Source of the DNA: a virus
UHGV virus genome: UHGV-2008032
Length of the DNA stretch: 40,884 nucleotides
Direction: 5' to 3' (one strand)
Below, in pieces: positions 17,809-27,319 of the stretch (positions are counted from its first letter, which is position 1; each line of letters begins with the position of its first letter). A program made the position numbers and the translations under genes. The notes beneath the pieces were generated by a model. That model searched no databases and had not been told where the DNA came from. It saw nothing but the letters and a program-made list of their open reading frames with translations.

Positions 17809-17836
17809 TTGAAAACGAGTTTTGAAACTGCATAAT
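17809..17836 (+). promoter_or_regulatory. Candidate promoter TTGAAA-16-CATAAT upstream of the cargo leader
   Basis: -35 at 17809..17814, -10 at 17831..17836 in an AT-rich spacer. Confidence 0.35.
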
Positions 17837-17918
17837 TCCTATATGCTCGGACGTCAAAGGCGAAAGAGCTTACCCACCAGCGAAGATGCCTTGTGCGGAG
17901 CGGTGGGAAACACATTCA

Positions 17919-17947
17919 AGCCCTTGCAGAAATGCAGGGGCTTTTTT
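17919..17947 (+). terminator. Strong intrinsic terminator 31 nt upstream of the first cargo gene
   Basis: 10-bp stem AGCCCTTGCA/TGCAGGGGCT with GAAA tetraloop followed by TTTTTT. Confidence 0.7.
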
Positions 17948-17977
17948 ATTGGCTCAGTGCCACCAGGTGAACACCGT

Positions 17978-18529
17978 ATGCACACGGCGATCATTTGCGC
18001 TTCCGGACCTTCCCTCACCCACGACGACTGCCAGAAAGCCATTGGCGCTGGATTACCCGTTATTGCGGTGAATTCTTCATGGCGCGCGGTGCCGGGATGC
18101 TCTCACATTTACGCGGGTGATCTGCGCTGGTGGGATGTGAACATTCCCGCGCTGCCCGATGGCCCCGAACGCTGGTCATGTAACCGGAGAGCACACACCC
18201 GATACGGCGTGAGCCTCTTCCCGACAGATACCAGCGGCACATTCAATTCGGGGCAGAGAGCAATCCTGTTCGCTCACTGGCTGGGTGCCAGTAGCATCAT
18301 CCTTCTGGGCTTCGATTGCTCAATCTCAAACGGTAGTCACTGGCACGGCGATCACACAGTCCTCGATAACCCGACAGCAGCGAACGTAAAGCGCTGGCAT
18401 GGCGAGTTTGCCCGGGTTGCGGCGCAGCTGCGTGGAAGCGTCAATATCATCAACAGCAGCCGCCAGACGGCGCTTAATTGCTTTCGTCGCTTACCTCTTG
18501 AAGCTGCGATCAGCGAGGTTACATGCTGA
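17978..18529 (+). CDS. Cargo protein A: CstII/GT42-like or DUF115-like Rossmann-fold putative glycosyltransferase
   Basis: ATG 17978 with AGGTGA 7 nt upstream, after the terminator; motifs IICASGPSL, VIAVNSS, NSGQRAILFAHWLGASSIILLGFDCS, HWHGDH parallel the GNGPSL and YLSGIDFY layout of CstII-type enzymes. Confidence 0.45.
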   Translation: MHTAIICASGPSLTHDDCQKAIGAGLPVIAVNSSWRAVPGCSHIYAGDLRWWDVNIPALPDGPERWSCNRRAHTRYGVSLFPTDTSGTFNSGQRAILFAHWLGASSIILLGFDCSISNGSHWHGDHTVLDNPTAANVKRWHGEFARVAAQLRGSVNIINSSRQTALNCFRRLPLEAAISEVTC

Positions 18530-19464
18530 ATCCTCCGATTTACATCGATGGCATGCTGGGAATGGGAGATACCATTTACCAGCGCGCTTTCGTCAAACAA
18601 CTGCCTGCTGGGACATTCATTAAGACGGCATGGCCGGAGCTTTACGAAGATCTGCCGGTGAAAGTTGTCCGAAGTGACACCACGCTCAGAACGCAGCGTA
18701 AAAATGAGTTTCGCAGTTCGGCAAAGTTTTATCCGCCGCCATCGCCACGACAGACGAAGCGAATATTTTACGGACCGTATGATCTGCGGCGCGGTTCGAT
18801 ATTTGATGCGATGCGACGCCAGTTCGGCGTAACGCCAGCAGCGCTTGATTTGCCATCCTTTGGCCCGTCGCAGTTTACGCACCAAAAGCCGATCGCCGTT
18901 ATCCGTCCGGCAACGGTTCGTTCTGAATGGCGTAGCGACTCCCGAAACCCTGACCCCGATTACCTCCTGCGCGCATCGAGAATCCTGCGGAAACATTTCT
19001 GCGTGATTAGCGTTGCTGATTTGCAGGACGGGGAAGAGTGGCTGGTGGGTGAAGAACCAGAGGCGGATCTGAAAATGCACGCTGGCGAGCTCAATATCAA
19101 AGAGCTGATGCGCCTGGTTGAGCATGCCGCTGTCGTGGTTACGCCTGTTGGCTGGGCGCTGCCCGCTGCCATTGCGTACAAAACACCTGTTTACGTTGTC
19201 GCTGGTGGGCGCGGTGGGCATAACGCTCCCGAGATAGTCACCGATCCGGCGATGGATTTATCCCGCGTTGGCTGGGCAATCCCGGACAATTATTGTCGCT
19301 GCGAAGCGTGGGATCACCATTGCGACAAACGCATCTTCAACTTTGATTCAAAATTCGAGACATGGCTGAATGAAGTCGTTTTATCAGGAACTGAACAGCG
19401 GGCTGGTATTCCTCCCGGAGCTGGGCATCGGTCGTTATCCGGTTCCGGCATCACGCCCGTATGA
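18523..19464 (+). CDS. Cargo protein B: GT-B fold, GT9 (heptosyltransferase)-like putative glycosyltransferase
   Basis: 7-nt overlap with gene A; N-terminal IDGMLGMGDTIYQRAFVKQL and C-terminal AAVVVTPVGWALPAAIAYKTPVYVVAGG resemble the GT9 layout; Cys/His cluster CRCEAWDHHC. Confidence 0.45.
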   Translation: MLNPPIYIDGMLGMGDTIYQRAFVKQLPAGTFIKTAWPELYEDLPVKVVRSDTTLRTQRKNEFRSSAKFYPPPSPRQTKRIFYGPYDLRRGSIFDAMRRQFGVTPAALDLPSFGPSQFTHQKPIAVIRPATVRSEWRSDSRNPDPDYLLRASRILRKHFCVISVADLQDGEEWLVGEEPEADLKMHAGELNIKELMRLVEHAAVVVTPVGWALPAAIAYKTPVYVVAGGRGGHNAPEIVTDPAMDLSRVGWAIPDNYCRCEAWDHHCDKRIFNFDSKFETWLNEVVLSGTEQRAGIPPGAGHRSLSGSGITPV

Positions 19465-19984
19465 CGAGCAGTATTTCGCGAAGTATCAGCAGCTTGCCGA
19501 CACCGAAACAGGCAGAGCCTTAACGCAATCCCGTATTGAGCTGGTGGCGCGCCATTTTCACGGTCCTGTTCTCGACGTTGGTATCGGTGCCGGTCAGTTC
19601 GTCTCTACCCGACCGGGAACGCTTGGGTATGACATTAATCCGGCTGGTATCGCCTGGCTGAACGAGCGGGGCGCATTCGCTGACCTCTACGCCAGTCAGT
19701 GGCGCGCGCTGACGATGTGGGATGTCCTGGAGCACATCGACGAGCCGGAGCTGGCGGTACAGCAGGCTACAGAGTTTGTTTTCGTGTCGATCCCCATTTT
19801 TACCGATGCCGGAGACATTCTTCGCTCGCACCATTTCAGGAAGAACGAGCACATCTGGTATTTCACTGACGACGGTATTAAGCGCTGGTTTGCAGAGCAG
19901 GGCTTCGAATGCGCTGAACAGAACACAATCGAATGCCAGTTAGGGCGTAAGGGCGTCGCTTCGTACGCTTTCCGCCGCGTTTAG
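19370..19984 (+). CDS. Cargo protein C: class I SAM-dependent methyltransferase
   Basis: Motif I VLDVGIGAGQF, acidic loop YDINPAG, WDVLEHIDEP; no DPPY/NPPW DNA-methylase motif; start overlaps gene B by 95 nt. Confidence 0.55.
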   Translation: MKSFYQELNSGLVFLPELGIGRYPVPASRPYDEQYFAKYQQLADTETGRALTQSRIELVARHFHGPVLDVGIGAGQFVSTRPGTLGYDINPAGIAWLNERGAFADLYASQWRALTMWDVLEHIDEPELAVQQATEFVFVSIPIFTDAGDILRSHHFRKNEHIWYFTDDGIKRWFAEQGFECAEQNTIECQLGRKGVASYAFRRV

Positions 19985-20058
19985 TCCCCTCTTAGCCCAT
20001 TGCATTTGGGTTTATTCCAGTTTCGCACACATCACCCGCAAACAGGCGAGGTCAACCT

Positions 20059-20217
20059 ATGAATAGCTCTCACGGGATTTTTGAACAAACCATGAAATGG
20101 ATCGCGCTATATCTGCCGTCAGTTTACGCCGGGTTATGCGCTCTGGGCATCTCAGCGCTTATCGACATACGCGCAGGGAAGCCGAAACTCTACACCGCCA
20201 CTGGCGCGCTAAATTAA
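20059..20217 (+). CDS. Small hydrophobic protein (52 aa) upstream of the holin
   Basis: Hand-translated; GAGGT 7 nt upstream of ATG; one predicted membrane segment. Confidence 0.3.
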   Translation: MNSSHGIFEQTMKWIALYLPSVYAGLCALGISALIDIRAGKPKLYTATGALN

Positions 20218-20248
20218 ATAGAGCAAATCCCCTTATTGTGGGTAAGAC

Positions 20249-20572
20249 ATGAAGATGCCAGAAAAACATGACCTGTTAGCCGCCATTCTCGCGGCAAAGG
20301 AACAAGGCATCGGGGCAATCCTTGCGTTTGCAATGGCGTACCTTCGCGGCAGATATAATGGCGGTGCGTTTACAAAAACAGTAATCGACGCAACGATGTG
20401 CGCCATTATCGCCTGGTTCATTCGTGACCTTCTCGACTTCGCCGGACTAAGTAGCAATCTCGCTTATATAACGAGCGTGTTCATCGGCTACATCGGTACT
20501 GACTCGATTGGTTCGCTTATCAAACGCTTCGCTGCTAAAAAAGCCGGAGTAGAAGATGGTGGAAATCAATAA
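20249..20572 (+). CDS. S: Class I holin, lambda S-like with dual start
   Basis: [20 protein letters not shown]... closely matches lambda S as I recall it, including the Met-Lys-Met dual-start motif. Confidence 0.9.
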   Translation: MKMPEKHDLLAAILAAKEQGIGAILAFAMAYLRGRYNGGAFTKTVIDATMCAIIAWFIRDLLDFAGLSSNLAYITSVFIGYIGTDSIGSLIKRFAAKKAGVEDGGNQ

Positions 20573-21032
20573 TCAACGTAAGGCGTTCCTCGATATGCTG
20601 GCGTGGTCAGAGGGAACTGATAACGGACGTCAGAAAACCAGAAATCATGGTTATGACGTCATTGTAGGCGGAGAGCTATTCACTGATTACTCTGATCACC
20701 CTCGCAAACTTGTCACGCTAAATCCGAAACTCAAATCAACAGCCGCCGGACGCTACCAGCTTCTTTCCCGTTGGTGGGATGCCTACCGCAAGCAGCTTGG
20801 CCTGAAAGACTTCTCTCCGAAAAGCCAGGACGCTGTGGCATTGCAACAGATTAAAGAGCGTGGCGCTTTACCGATGATTGACCGCGGTGATATTCGTCAG
20901 GCAATCGACCGTTGCAGCAATATCTGGGCTTCACTGCCGGGCGCTGGTTATGGCCAGTTCGAGCATAAGGCTGACAGCCTGATTGCAAAATTCAAAGAGG
21001 CTGGCGGAACGGTCAGAGAGATTGAGGTATGA
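20556..21032 (+). CDS. R: Endolysin, lambda R-like lytic transglycosylase
   Basis: [39 protein letters not shown]... closely matches lambda R as I recall it. Confidence 0.9.
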   Translation: MVEINNQRKAFLDMLAWSEGTDNGRQKTRNHGYDVIVGGELFTDYSDHPRKLVTLNPKLKSTAAGRYQLLSRWWDAYRKQLGLKDFSPKSQDAVALQQIKERGALPMIDRGDIRQAIDRCSNIWASLPGAGYGQFEHKADSLIAKFKEAGGTVREIEV

Positions 21033-21466
21033 GCAGAGTCACCGCGATTATCTCCGCTCTGGTTATCTGCATCATCGTTTGCCTGTCATGGGCTGTTAAT
21101 CATTACCGGGATAACGCCATCGCCTACAAAGCCCAGCGCGACAAAGCCACATCCATCATCGCTGACATGCAGAAGCGTCAACGTGATGTAGCAGAACTTG
21201 ACGCCAGATACACAAAGGAGCTTGCTGATGCTAACGCGACTATCGAAAGTCTCCGTGCTGATGTTTCTGCTGGTCGTAAGCGCCTGCAAGTCGCCGCCAC
21301 CTGTGCAAAGTCAACGACCGGAGCCAGCAGCATGGGCGATGGAGAAAGCCCAAGACTTACAGCAGATGCTGAACTCAATTATTACCGTCTCCGAAGTGGA
21401 ATCGACAGGATAACCGCGCAGGTTAACTACCTGCAGGAATACATCAGGACGCAATGCCTGAAATAA
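21029..21466 (+). CDS. Rz: Inner-membrane spanin Rz
   Basis: N-terminal membrane anchor and coiled-coil periplasmic domain; overlaps the R stop. Confidence 0.85.
   Translation: MSRVTAIISALVICIIVCLSWAVNHYRDNAIAYKAQRDKATSIIADMQKRQRDVAELDARYTKELADANATIESLRADVSAGRKRLQVAATCAKSTTGASSMGDGESPRLTADAELNYYRLRSGIDRITAQVNYLQEYIRTQCLK
21228..21413 (+). CDS. Rz1: Outer-membrane lipoprotein spanin Rz1 (embedded in Rz, +1 frame)
   Basis: ATG 21228 inside Rz; lipobox LVVSAC; proline-rich mature region. Confidence 0.7.
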   Translation: MLTRLSKVSVLMFLLVVSACKSPPPVQSQRPEPAAWAMEKAQDLQQMLNSIITVSEVESTG

Positions 21467-21498
21467 TTTTTTTGCAAATCACAAAGTCAATTTAATGA

Positions 21499-21520
21499 GC
21501 CTCGCGATGCGGGGCTTTTT
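21499..21520 (+). terminator. Intrinsic terminator after the lysis cassette
   Basis: 7-bp stem GCCTCGC/GCGGGGC followed by TTTTT. Confidence 0.5.
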
Positions 21521-21664
21521 ATATCTGAATTTCACAGCGCATCTCACGCGCATATTAACGAGAGCCTTTCAGTAAGCGAGCCTGAGAAATGCCGTTATAG
21601 GTGGCGACCTCTCTCGGGCGGCTTTTCTGTGAGACAGGCTCACTTTCTAAAAGGTAAAGACGCT

Positions 21665-22183
21665 ATGAATCATCAATTGGCTAATCTCGATTTCCGGGAC
21701 ATGGTGGTTGTTTCTGGTGATCGCGTGATCACAACCTCCCGCAAGGTAGCAGCTTACTTCGACAAGCAGCATCACCACATCATTCAGAAAATCGAAAAGC
21801 TAGACTGTTCGGATGAATTTCTAACCAGCAACTTTTCGCGGGTTACCTATGAACACAAGGGTAATCAGTATGTTGAATATGAAATTTCCAAAGACGGCGC
21901 GATGTACATCATCATGTCGTTTACCGGCAAAAAAGCTGCCGCCATCAAAGAGGCGTTTATCAAAGCATTTAATTGGATGCGTGACAGGCTGATGGAGATG
22001 GCTCACTCATACCAAAGAGAGCACAACGAGTTAATGCTGGAGTTCATGAAGGAAAAGGATGTTGCCAGTATGTCAGGACGCTTGCTGAACCGCTGGGGCA
22101 GGATCAAAAAACCGCAACTCATAGCAAGAATCGAAAGGCTTGAGCAGCAGGCGCAAATATCGATCCCCGGACTGCCAAAGTGA
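21665..22183 (+). CDS. Rha-family phage regulatory protein
   Basis: ...SRKVAAYFDKQHHHIIQKI...MSFTGKKAAAIKEAFIKAFNWM... Rha-like; start placed at ATG 21665. Confidence 0.55.
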   Translation: MNHQLANLDFRDMVVVSGDRVITTSRKVAAYFDKQHHHIIQKIEKLDCSDEFLTSNFSRVTYEHKGNQYVEYEISKDGAMYIIMSFTGKKAAAIKEAFIKAFNWMRDRLMEMAHSYQREHNELMLEFMKEKDVASMSGRLLNRWGRIKKPQLIARIERLEQQAQISIPGLPK

Positions 22184-22535
22184 CCATTCCAAAGCCCATC
22201 TACGGGTGGGCTTGATAATGAAACCGTGATTTACATCCCCACAATCCGGGTATGTAAAAGATAGTTCAGGCGAGAACAGATTTAACTAAATCTGTGCACC
22301 ACCAGTTACGGCAGTACCACGAAGCAACCCAAGCCAGTAAGTGGGGAAATAACACTGGCAGCCACTGAAAGATGAACCTCCAGCCTTATGGCAAAAAAGA
22401 TTCTTTGTGGTGGCGGGCTGATGGAAAGACATCGGTTATTGCAGAGACCATTCAATGAGTGGTCTCGACAATGGCTTATACCCTACACGGGATAACTTAA
22501 CTGATATCCCTTTTAACGGATAAACGGAGCCAATA

Positions 22536-23033
22536 ATGGCAAAGCTCACAGACAAACAAGAGCTGTTTGCCCATCCGGATGATGTGTATGTCGGAGAGTG
22601 TGTGATTTATACCGGCTACATAAATAAGCGAGGGTATGGGCAGAAGCACATTTCACGAAAGCCGCACTACGCACATCGAATCGCATACTGCGAAGCTAAC
22701 GGAATTTCGCTAGATAGCATCAAGGACCTGGTTGTTAGGCATAAATGCGATAATCCATCATGCGTGAATCCTGACCATCTGATTATAGGTACTGTCGCTG
22801 ACAATAATCGTGACAGGTCAAGGCGAGGCAGAAACTCATACCCTGACCGTTCAGGTGAAAAGAACGGAATGGCGAAATTAAAAGAGTGCGATGTCATCTG
22901 CATTCGACGTGAATATGTCCGCGGGAGCATTGGTAGGGGGCTTAGATCCTTATCAGAGAAATATGGCGTATCGACGACCATGATTGCTGACATCGTTAAT
23001 TATAGAAATTGGAGCAACGTTTCGGGGGTGTGA
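22536..23033 (+). CDS. HNH endonuclease (terminase-associated)
   Basis: H-N-H motif region ...HRIAYCEANG...RHKCDNPSCVNPDHL...; immediately upstream of the small terminase. Confidence 0.75.
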   Translation: MAKLTDKQELFAHPDDVYVGECVIYTGYINKRGYGQKHISRKPHYAHRIAYCEANGISLDSIKDLVVRHKCDNPSCVNPDHLIIGTVADNNRDRSRRGRNSYPDRSGEKNGMAKLKECDVICIRREYVRGSIGRGLRSLSEKYGVSTTMIADIVNYRNWSNVSGV

Positions 23034-23034
23034 T

Positions 23035-23589
23035 TTGAAACAGCTCACACCTAAGCAGGAACTGTTCTGCCGGGAATATTTAAAAGATTTAAACGCCACT
23101 CAGGCAGCTATCAGGGCGGGTTACAGCGAGAAAACTGCTCGCGCCACTGGTAGCGAGAACCTGTCAAAACCTGACATAGCAGATCGCATTGCTGAGCTAA
23201 AGGCTGAACGCAATGAAGAGGTAGGTATAGACGCTGCCTATGTATTGCGACGGCTGACTGAAATCGATCAGATGGACGTGCTTGACATTCTGCTTGCCAA
23301 TGGCGAACTGAAGCCCATTAAAGACTGGCCTAAGGTATGGCGCACAACGCTATCAGGAATGGATGTCGTCGAGATGGCATCAGCAGATAGTGCTGCTCTC
23401 CTGAAGAAAATCAAATGGCCTGATAAGGTTAAAAACCTTGAGTTGCTCGGGCGTCATGTTTCTGTTCAGGCGTTTAAAGACAATGTCAAAAATGAAGTGA
23501 CTGGTGCTGACGGAGGACCAGTCAGAACAGAAATTACCAACTTAACGCCGGAGCAGGCTGCAGAAGCGTATAAAAAAATGATGGGCTAA
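23035..23589 (+). CDS. Terminase small subunit
   Basis: ...[28 protein letters not shown]... small-terminase-like; TTG start 23035 chosen just after the HNH stop, but TTG 22984 is possible. Confidence 0.6.
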   Translation: MKQLTPKQELFCREYLKDLNATQAAIRAGYSEKTARATGSENLSKPDIADRIAELKAERNEEVGIDAAYVLRRLTEIDQMDVLDILLANGELKPIKDWPKVWRTTLSGMDVVEMASADSAALLKKIKWPDKVKNLELLGRHVSVQAFKDNVKNEVTGADGGPVRTEITNLTPEQAAEAYKKMMG

Positions 23590-23591
23590 GT

Positions 23592-25214
23592 ATGCCGTTA
23601 CCATTTCCCTTCGATTTTAAACATCCTGATTACCAGATGGTTTTTGAATGGCGGATGGAACGCTTACAGCGCATTCGCCAGAACCCTGAAATATTGCCAG
23701 CACTAAAACAGTTTTACCGAACCAACCCGGCTCAGTTCATCATCGACTGGGGCATGACAACGGACCCGCGTAATATTGATTATGGCCTGCCGGTGACCAT
23801 TCCGTTTTTACTCTTCCCTAAGCAGGAGGAGTGGATCCACTGGATTATGGAACGCTGGGGCAATCGGGAGAATGGTATTACCGAAAAATCCCGTGAAATG
23901 GGACTCAGTTGGACCGCGATCGGACTGGCCTGCTCGCTTTGTCTCTTCAACAAAGAAATGGTCATCGGCTTCGGCTCCCGTAAAGAGGAATACGTCGACA
24001 GCACCGGTGACCCGAAGGCGCTGTTCTGGAAGGCGCGAAAGTTCGTGGAAACACTGCCCATCGAGTTTCGTGGTTCGTGGGACGAGAAGAAGCATGCGCC
24101 GTATATGCGCGTTGAGTTTCCAGATACTGGCGCGGTTATCAAAGGCGAGGCTGGCGACAATATCGGACGTGGTGACCGTACCACGCTCTACCTGGTGGAT
24201 GAAGCTGCATTCCTCCAGCGTCCTCTGTTGATTGATGCGGCGCTGTCGCAAACCACCCGTTGCCGTATTGACCTGAGCTCGGTTAATGGCATGGCGAACC
24301 CGTTCGCGCAGAAGCGCCACGGCGGAAAAATACCAGTATTCACGTTCCACTGGCGAGATGACCCGCGCAAGGATGAAGAGTGGTATCGCAGGGAGTGCGA
24401 GAAAATCGACAATCCGGTGGTGGTGGCGCAGGAACTTGACCTGAACTACAGCGCATCTGCGGAAGGCGTCCTGATCCCGTCCGACTGGGTACAGGCTGCC
24501 GTCGACGCGCATATCAAACTTGGTATTCAGCCAACGGGCAAGCGACTGGGCGCGATGGACGTCGCCGACGAAGGCAGGGACAAAAATTCCTTTTCCACCC
24601 GTCATGGCTTCCTCCTGGAGAATGTGCGGGAATGGTCCGGTGTGGGCAGCGACATTTATCAGTCCGTCGAGAAGGTCTTCGGTTTTTGCGAACAGGACAA
24701 CCTCGAAGAGTTTCGCTTTGACGAGGACGGGCTGGGCGCTGGCGTTCGCGGCGATGCACGCGCTATCAACGAACTGCGTAACGCTGCGCGCCGACCGTCA
24801 ATACTCGCCACACCGTTTCGAGGTAGTGGCGCGGTATTTGATCCGGATGATGAAGCTATTCGCGGGGACAACGGGCAAGCCGCCCGCCTGAACAAGGACT
24901 TCTTCGCTAACGCCAAGGCCCAGAGCTGGTGGCGGTTACGTAAACTTTTTCAGAATACCTGGCGCGCCGTGGTTGAAGGTATGGCTTACAACCCGGACGA
25001 AATCATCTCAATCAGCAGTAGCATGGCACTCAAAGATAAACTCATCATCGAGCTTTCGCAGCCGACCTATTCCATTAATGGTGTGGGAAAAATCGTTATT
25101 GATAAACAGCCTGACGGCACCAAGTCGCCGAACCTCGCCGACTCGGTGATGATCAGCTACGCGCCAATGAATTCAGCCCTGAACATCTGGGAGCTGCTAG
25201 GGAGACAGGCCTGA
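23592..25214 (+). CDS. Terminase large subunit
   Basis: 540 aa between small terminase and portal; acidic nuclease-like C-terminal region. Confidence 0.75.
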   Translation: MPLPFPFDFKHPDYQMVFEWRMERLQRIRQNPEILPALKQFYRTNPAQFIIDWGMTTDPRNIDYGLPVTIPFLLFPKQEEWIHWIMERWGNRENGITEKSREMGLSWTAIGLACSLCLFNKEMVIGFGSRKEEYVDSTGDPKALFWKARKFVETLPIEFRGSWDEKKHAPYMRVEFPDTGAVIKGEAGDNIGRGDRTTLYLVDEAAFLQRPLLIDAALSQTTRCRIDLSSVNGMANPFAQKRHGGKIPVFTFHWRDDPRKDEEWYRRECEKIDNPVVVAQELDLNYSASAEGVLIPSDWVQAAVDAHIKLGIQPTGKRLGAMDVADEGRDKNSFSTRHGFLLENVREWSGVGSDIYQSVEKVFGFCEQDNLEEFRFDEDGLGAGVRGDARAINELRNAARRPSILATPFRGSGAVFDPDDEAIRGDNGQAARLNKDFFANAKAQSWWRLRKLFQNTWRAVVEGMAYNPDEIISISSSMALKDKLIIELSQPTYSINGVGKIVIDKQPDGTKSPNLADSVMISYAPMNSALNIWELLGRQA

Positions 25215-26680
25215 TGGCACGAAACAAGCAAGCCTCTCAGCGAACGGCGCAGGCCACCGCTGATGGCTACGAGAACTTTGTCGCCCGCGTGGGGATGCAG
25301 ACGCCTAACCAGCATTCAGCATCGACCTACCGGGCGAACTTCACCAGCCGCAACCGCATGCTGGTGGAATGGTCCTATCGTTCGTCCTGGATCATCGGCG
25401 AAGCGGTCGACGCTATCCCGGATGATATGACCCGCAAAGGCATTCGCATTACTTCGGAAATTGATGCAAAAGATCGCGGCATTCTCGAATCACAACTTGA
25501 TGAGTTGCAGATCTGGGATGCGCTGAACGACGTGCTGAAATGGTCTCGCCTCTACGGCGGCGCGGTCGGCTTCATCATGATCGAGGGGCAGGCACCAATG
25601 ACCCCGCTGCGGCTCGAAACCATTGGAGAAGGCAAGTTTAAGGGCATTCTCCCGCTTGACCGCTGGATGATTAACCCGGTGCTGACCCGTCGCATTAAAG
25701 AGATGGGGCCAGATCTCGGCAAACCTGAGTTTTACGACGTGGTGACCACTGCAACGGGCATCCCGGCCTGGCGCATCCATCACAGCCGCCTGATTCGCTT
25801 CGACGGGGTGACGCTACCATTCCAGCAGAAGATGACCGAAAACGAATGGGGAATGTCGGTTGTAGAGCGTATCTGGGATCGGCTTACTGCGTTCGACAGC
25901 GCCACTGTCGGCGCGGCGCAGCTTGTCTACAAAGCGCATCTGCGTACCTACAAAGTGAAAAAACTCCGTGAGCTTATTGCGCTGGGTGGCCCCGCGTTCG
26001 AAGCGCTGCTGAAGAACATCGATCTGATTCGCCAGTTCCAGAGCAATGAAGGCATGACGCTGATGGATTCCGAAGATACTTTCGAAACCCACCAGTACAG
26101 CTTCAGTGGTCTGGATGACATTCTTTCGCAGTTCGCTGAGCAGATCAGCGGTGCCGTTGGTATCCCGCTGGTACGCCTGTTCGGTCAATCCCCGAAAGGC
26201 TTCTCTACTGGTGATGCAGACCTCGCCAACTATTACGACCGGGTGAGTTCATTGCAGGAGCGCCGCTTACGGATTCCGATGCGCCGGATACTGGACATTA
26301 TGCACCGCTCGGAACTCGGTAAGCCGCTGCCGGACGATTTCACGTTTGAGTTTAACCCGCTCTGGCAAATGTCTGATGTCGATCGCTCAACGGTGGCGTT
26401 AAACACTACCAACGCAATCAGTACGGCGCTGGGTGATGGTCTGATGACACTGAAAGCCGCTATGACCGATTTGCGCGAAAATTCTGACGTAACCGGCATC
26501 GGGGCATCCATTACCGACGAGGACATAGAGAATGCCGAAGACGAAGCGCCGCCAGGCATCGGCGAACTTGGCGACAAACCGCCAGAGTCGCCAGGCGGAG
26601 ATCCGATATCGAACGAGCCTACGGCAGATAGCGCGGGCGGTCGGGGATATCGTAAATGGGCGCTACGATGGTTCAAATGA
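25214..26680 (+). CDS. Portal protein
   Basis: 488 aa after the large terminase; disordered acidic/Gly-rich C-terminus. Confidence 0.65.
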   Translation: MARNKQASQRTAQATADGYENFVARVGMQTPNQHSASTYRANFTSRNRMLVEWSYRSSWIIGEAVDAIPDDMTRKGIRITSEIDAKDRGILESQLDELQIWDALNDVLKWSRLYGGAVGFIMIEGQAPMTPLRLETIGEGKFKGILPLDRWMINPVLTRRIKEMGPDLGKPEFYDVVTTATGIPAWRIHHSRLIRFDGVTLPFQQKMTENEWGMSVVERIWDRLTAFDSATVGAAQLVYKAHLRTYKVKKLRELIALGGPAFEALLKNIDLIRQFQSNEGMTLMDSEDTFETHQYSFSGLDDILSQFAEQISGAVGIPLVRLFGQSPKGFSTGDADLANYYDRVSSLQERRLRIPMRRILDIMHRSELGKPLPDDFTFEFNPLWQMSDVDRSTVALNTTNAISTALGDGLMTLKAAMTDLRENSDVTGIGASITDEDIENAEDEAPPGIGELGDKPPESPGGDPISNEPTADSAGGRGYRKWALRWFK

Positions 26681-27305
26681 TAGCGTTACCGAAATAATGG
26701 ATGCGCTGGAGCGCTACAGCGAAATCATCACCCCCTGGGCGACTAAGGTTGCTGAGAGCTTCACCGCCGACATTGCGCGCCAGAATGAAAAGCAGTGGCG
26801 TCAACACAGCCGGAACATCAGCGCAGAGCTGCGCAACATGGTTGACCGCGCCCCGGTAGGCCAGGTGATGAAATCCATCGTCGCCGAGCAAATTAAGTAC
26901 ATCAAATCTCTGCCTCTTGAGGCCGCCGATCGGGTGTATGACATTCAGAACAAGGCCATCGAGGCCGTTGTGTCTGGTGGCCGCGCTGAACCATTCGCGA
27001 AAGAGATAGCAGCGTCCGGTGACGTGTCACGCTCACGAGCGAACCTTATCGCCCGGACTGAGCTTGGGCGCGCAACCGGCGCGCTCGATCAGGCGCGTGC
27101 GCTGTCAATCGGCTCGAATGGTTATATCTGGCGTACAGCCGAAGATGGCGACGTCCGGCATTCTCATCGAGAGATGGAAGGGAAGTTTGTCGAATGGGGC
27201 CGACCTCCAACGCTTGACGGCATGACCGGTCACGCTGGCGAGCTCCCGAACTGCCGCTGTTACAAAGAAATCGTCTTCCCCAACCCTCATTCTTATCTCG
27301 CCTGA
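26532..27305 (+). CDS. Head morphogenesis protein, Mu F-like
   Basis: C-terminal ...LIARTELGRATG...DGDVRHSHREMEGKFV...HAGELPNCRCYKE... MuF-like; start 26532 has GAGGA upstream but overlaps the portal by 149 nt. Confidence 0.6.
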   Translation: MPKTKRRQASANLATNRQSRQAEIRYRTSLRQIARAVGDIVNGRYDGSNDSVTEIMDALERYSEIITPWATKVAESFTADIARQNEKQWRQHSRNISAELRNMVDRAPVGQVMKSIVAEQIKYIKSLPLEAADRVYDIQNKAIEAVVSGGRAEPFAKEIAASGDVSRSRANLIARTELGRATGALDQARALSIGSNGYIWRTAEDGDVRHSHREMEGKFVEWGRPPTLDGMTGHAGELPNCRCYKEIVFPNPHSYLA

Positions 27306-27319
27306 ATCGCAGGTAAACC

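Noticed and set aside
17822-17977. N-terminal 52-codon extension of cargo gene A from the ORF track
   Set aside because: The extension begins at a non-ATG codon and runs through a strong intrinsic terminator; an internal ATG with a good Shine-Dalgarno sequence lies just after the terminator.
18352-19221. 289-aa minus-strand ORF antisense to cargo genes A and B
   Set aside because: Arginine-rich, low-complexity translation typical of an antisense frame in GC-rich coding DNA; no ribosome-binding site; the plus-strand genes have coherent motifs.
23808-24605. 265-aa minus-strand ORF inside the large terminase gene
   Set aside because: Antisense to a well-supported terminase; composition-driven open frame.
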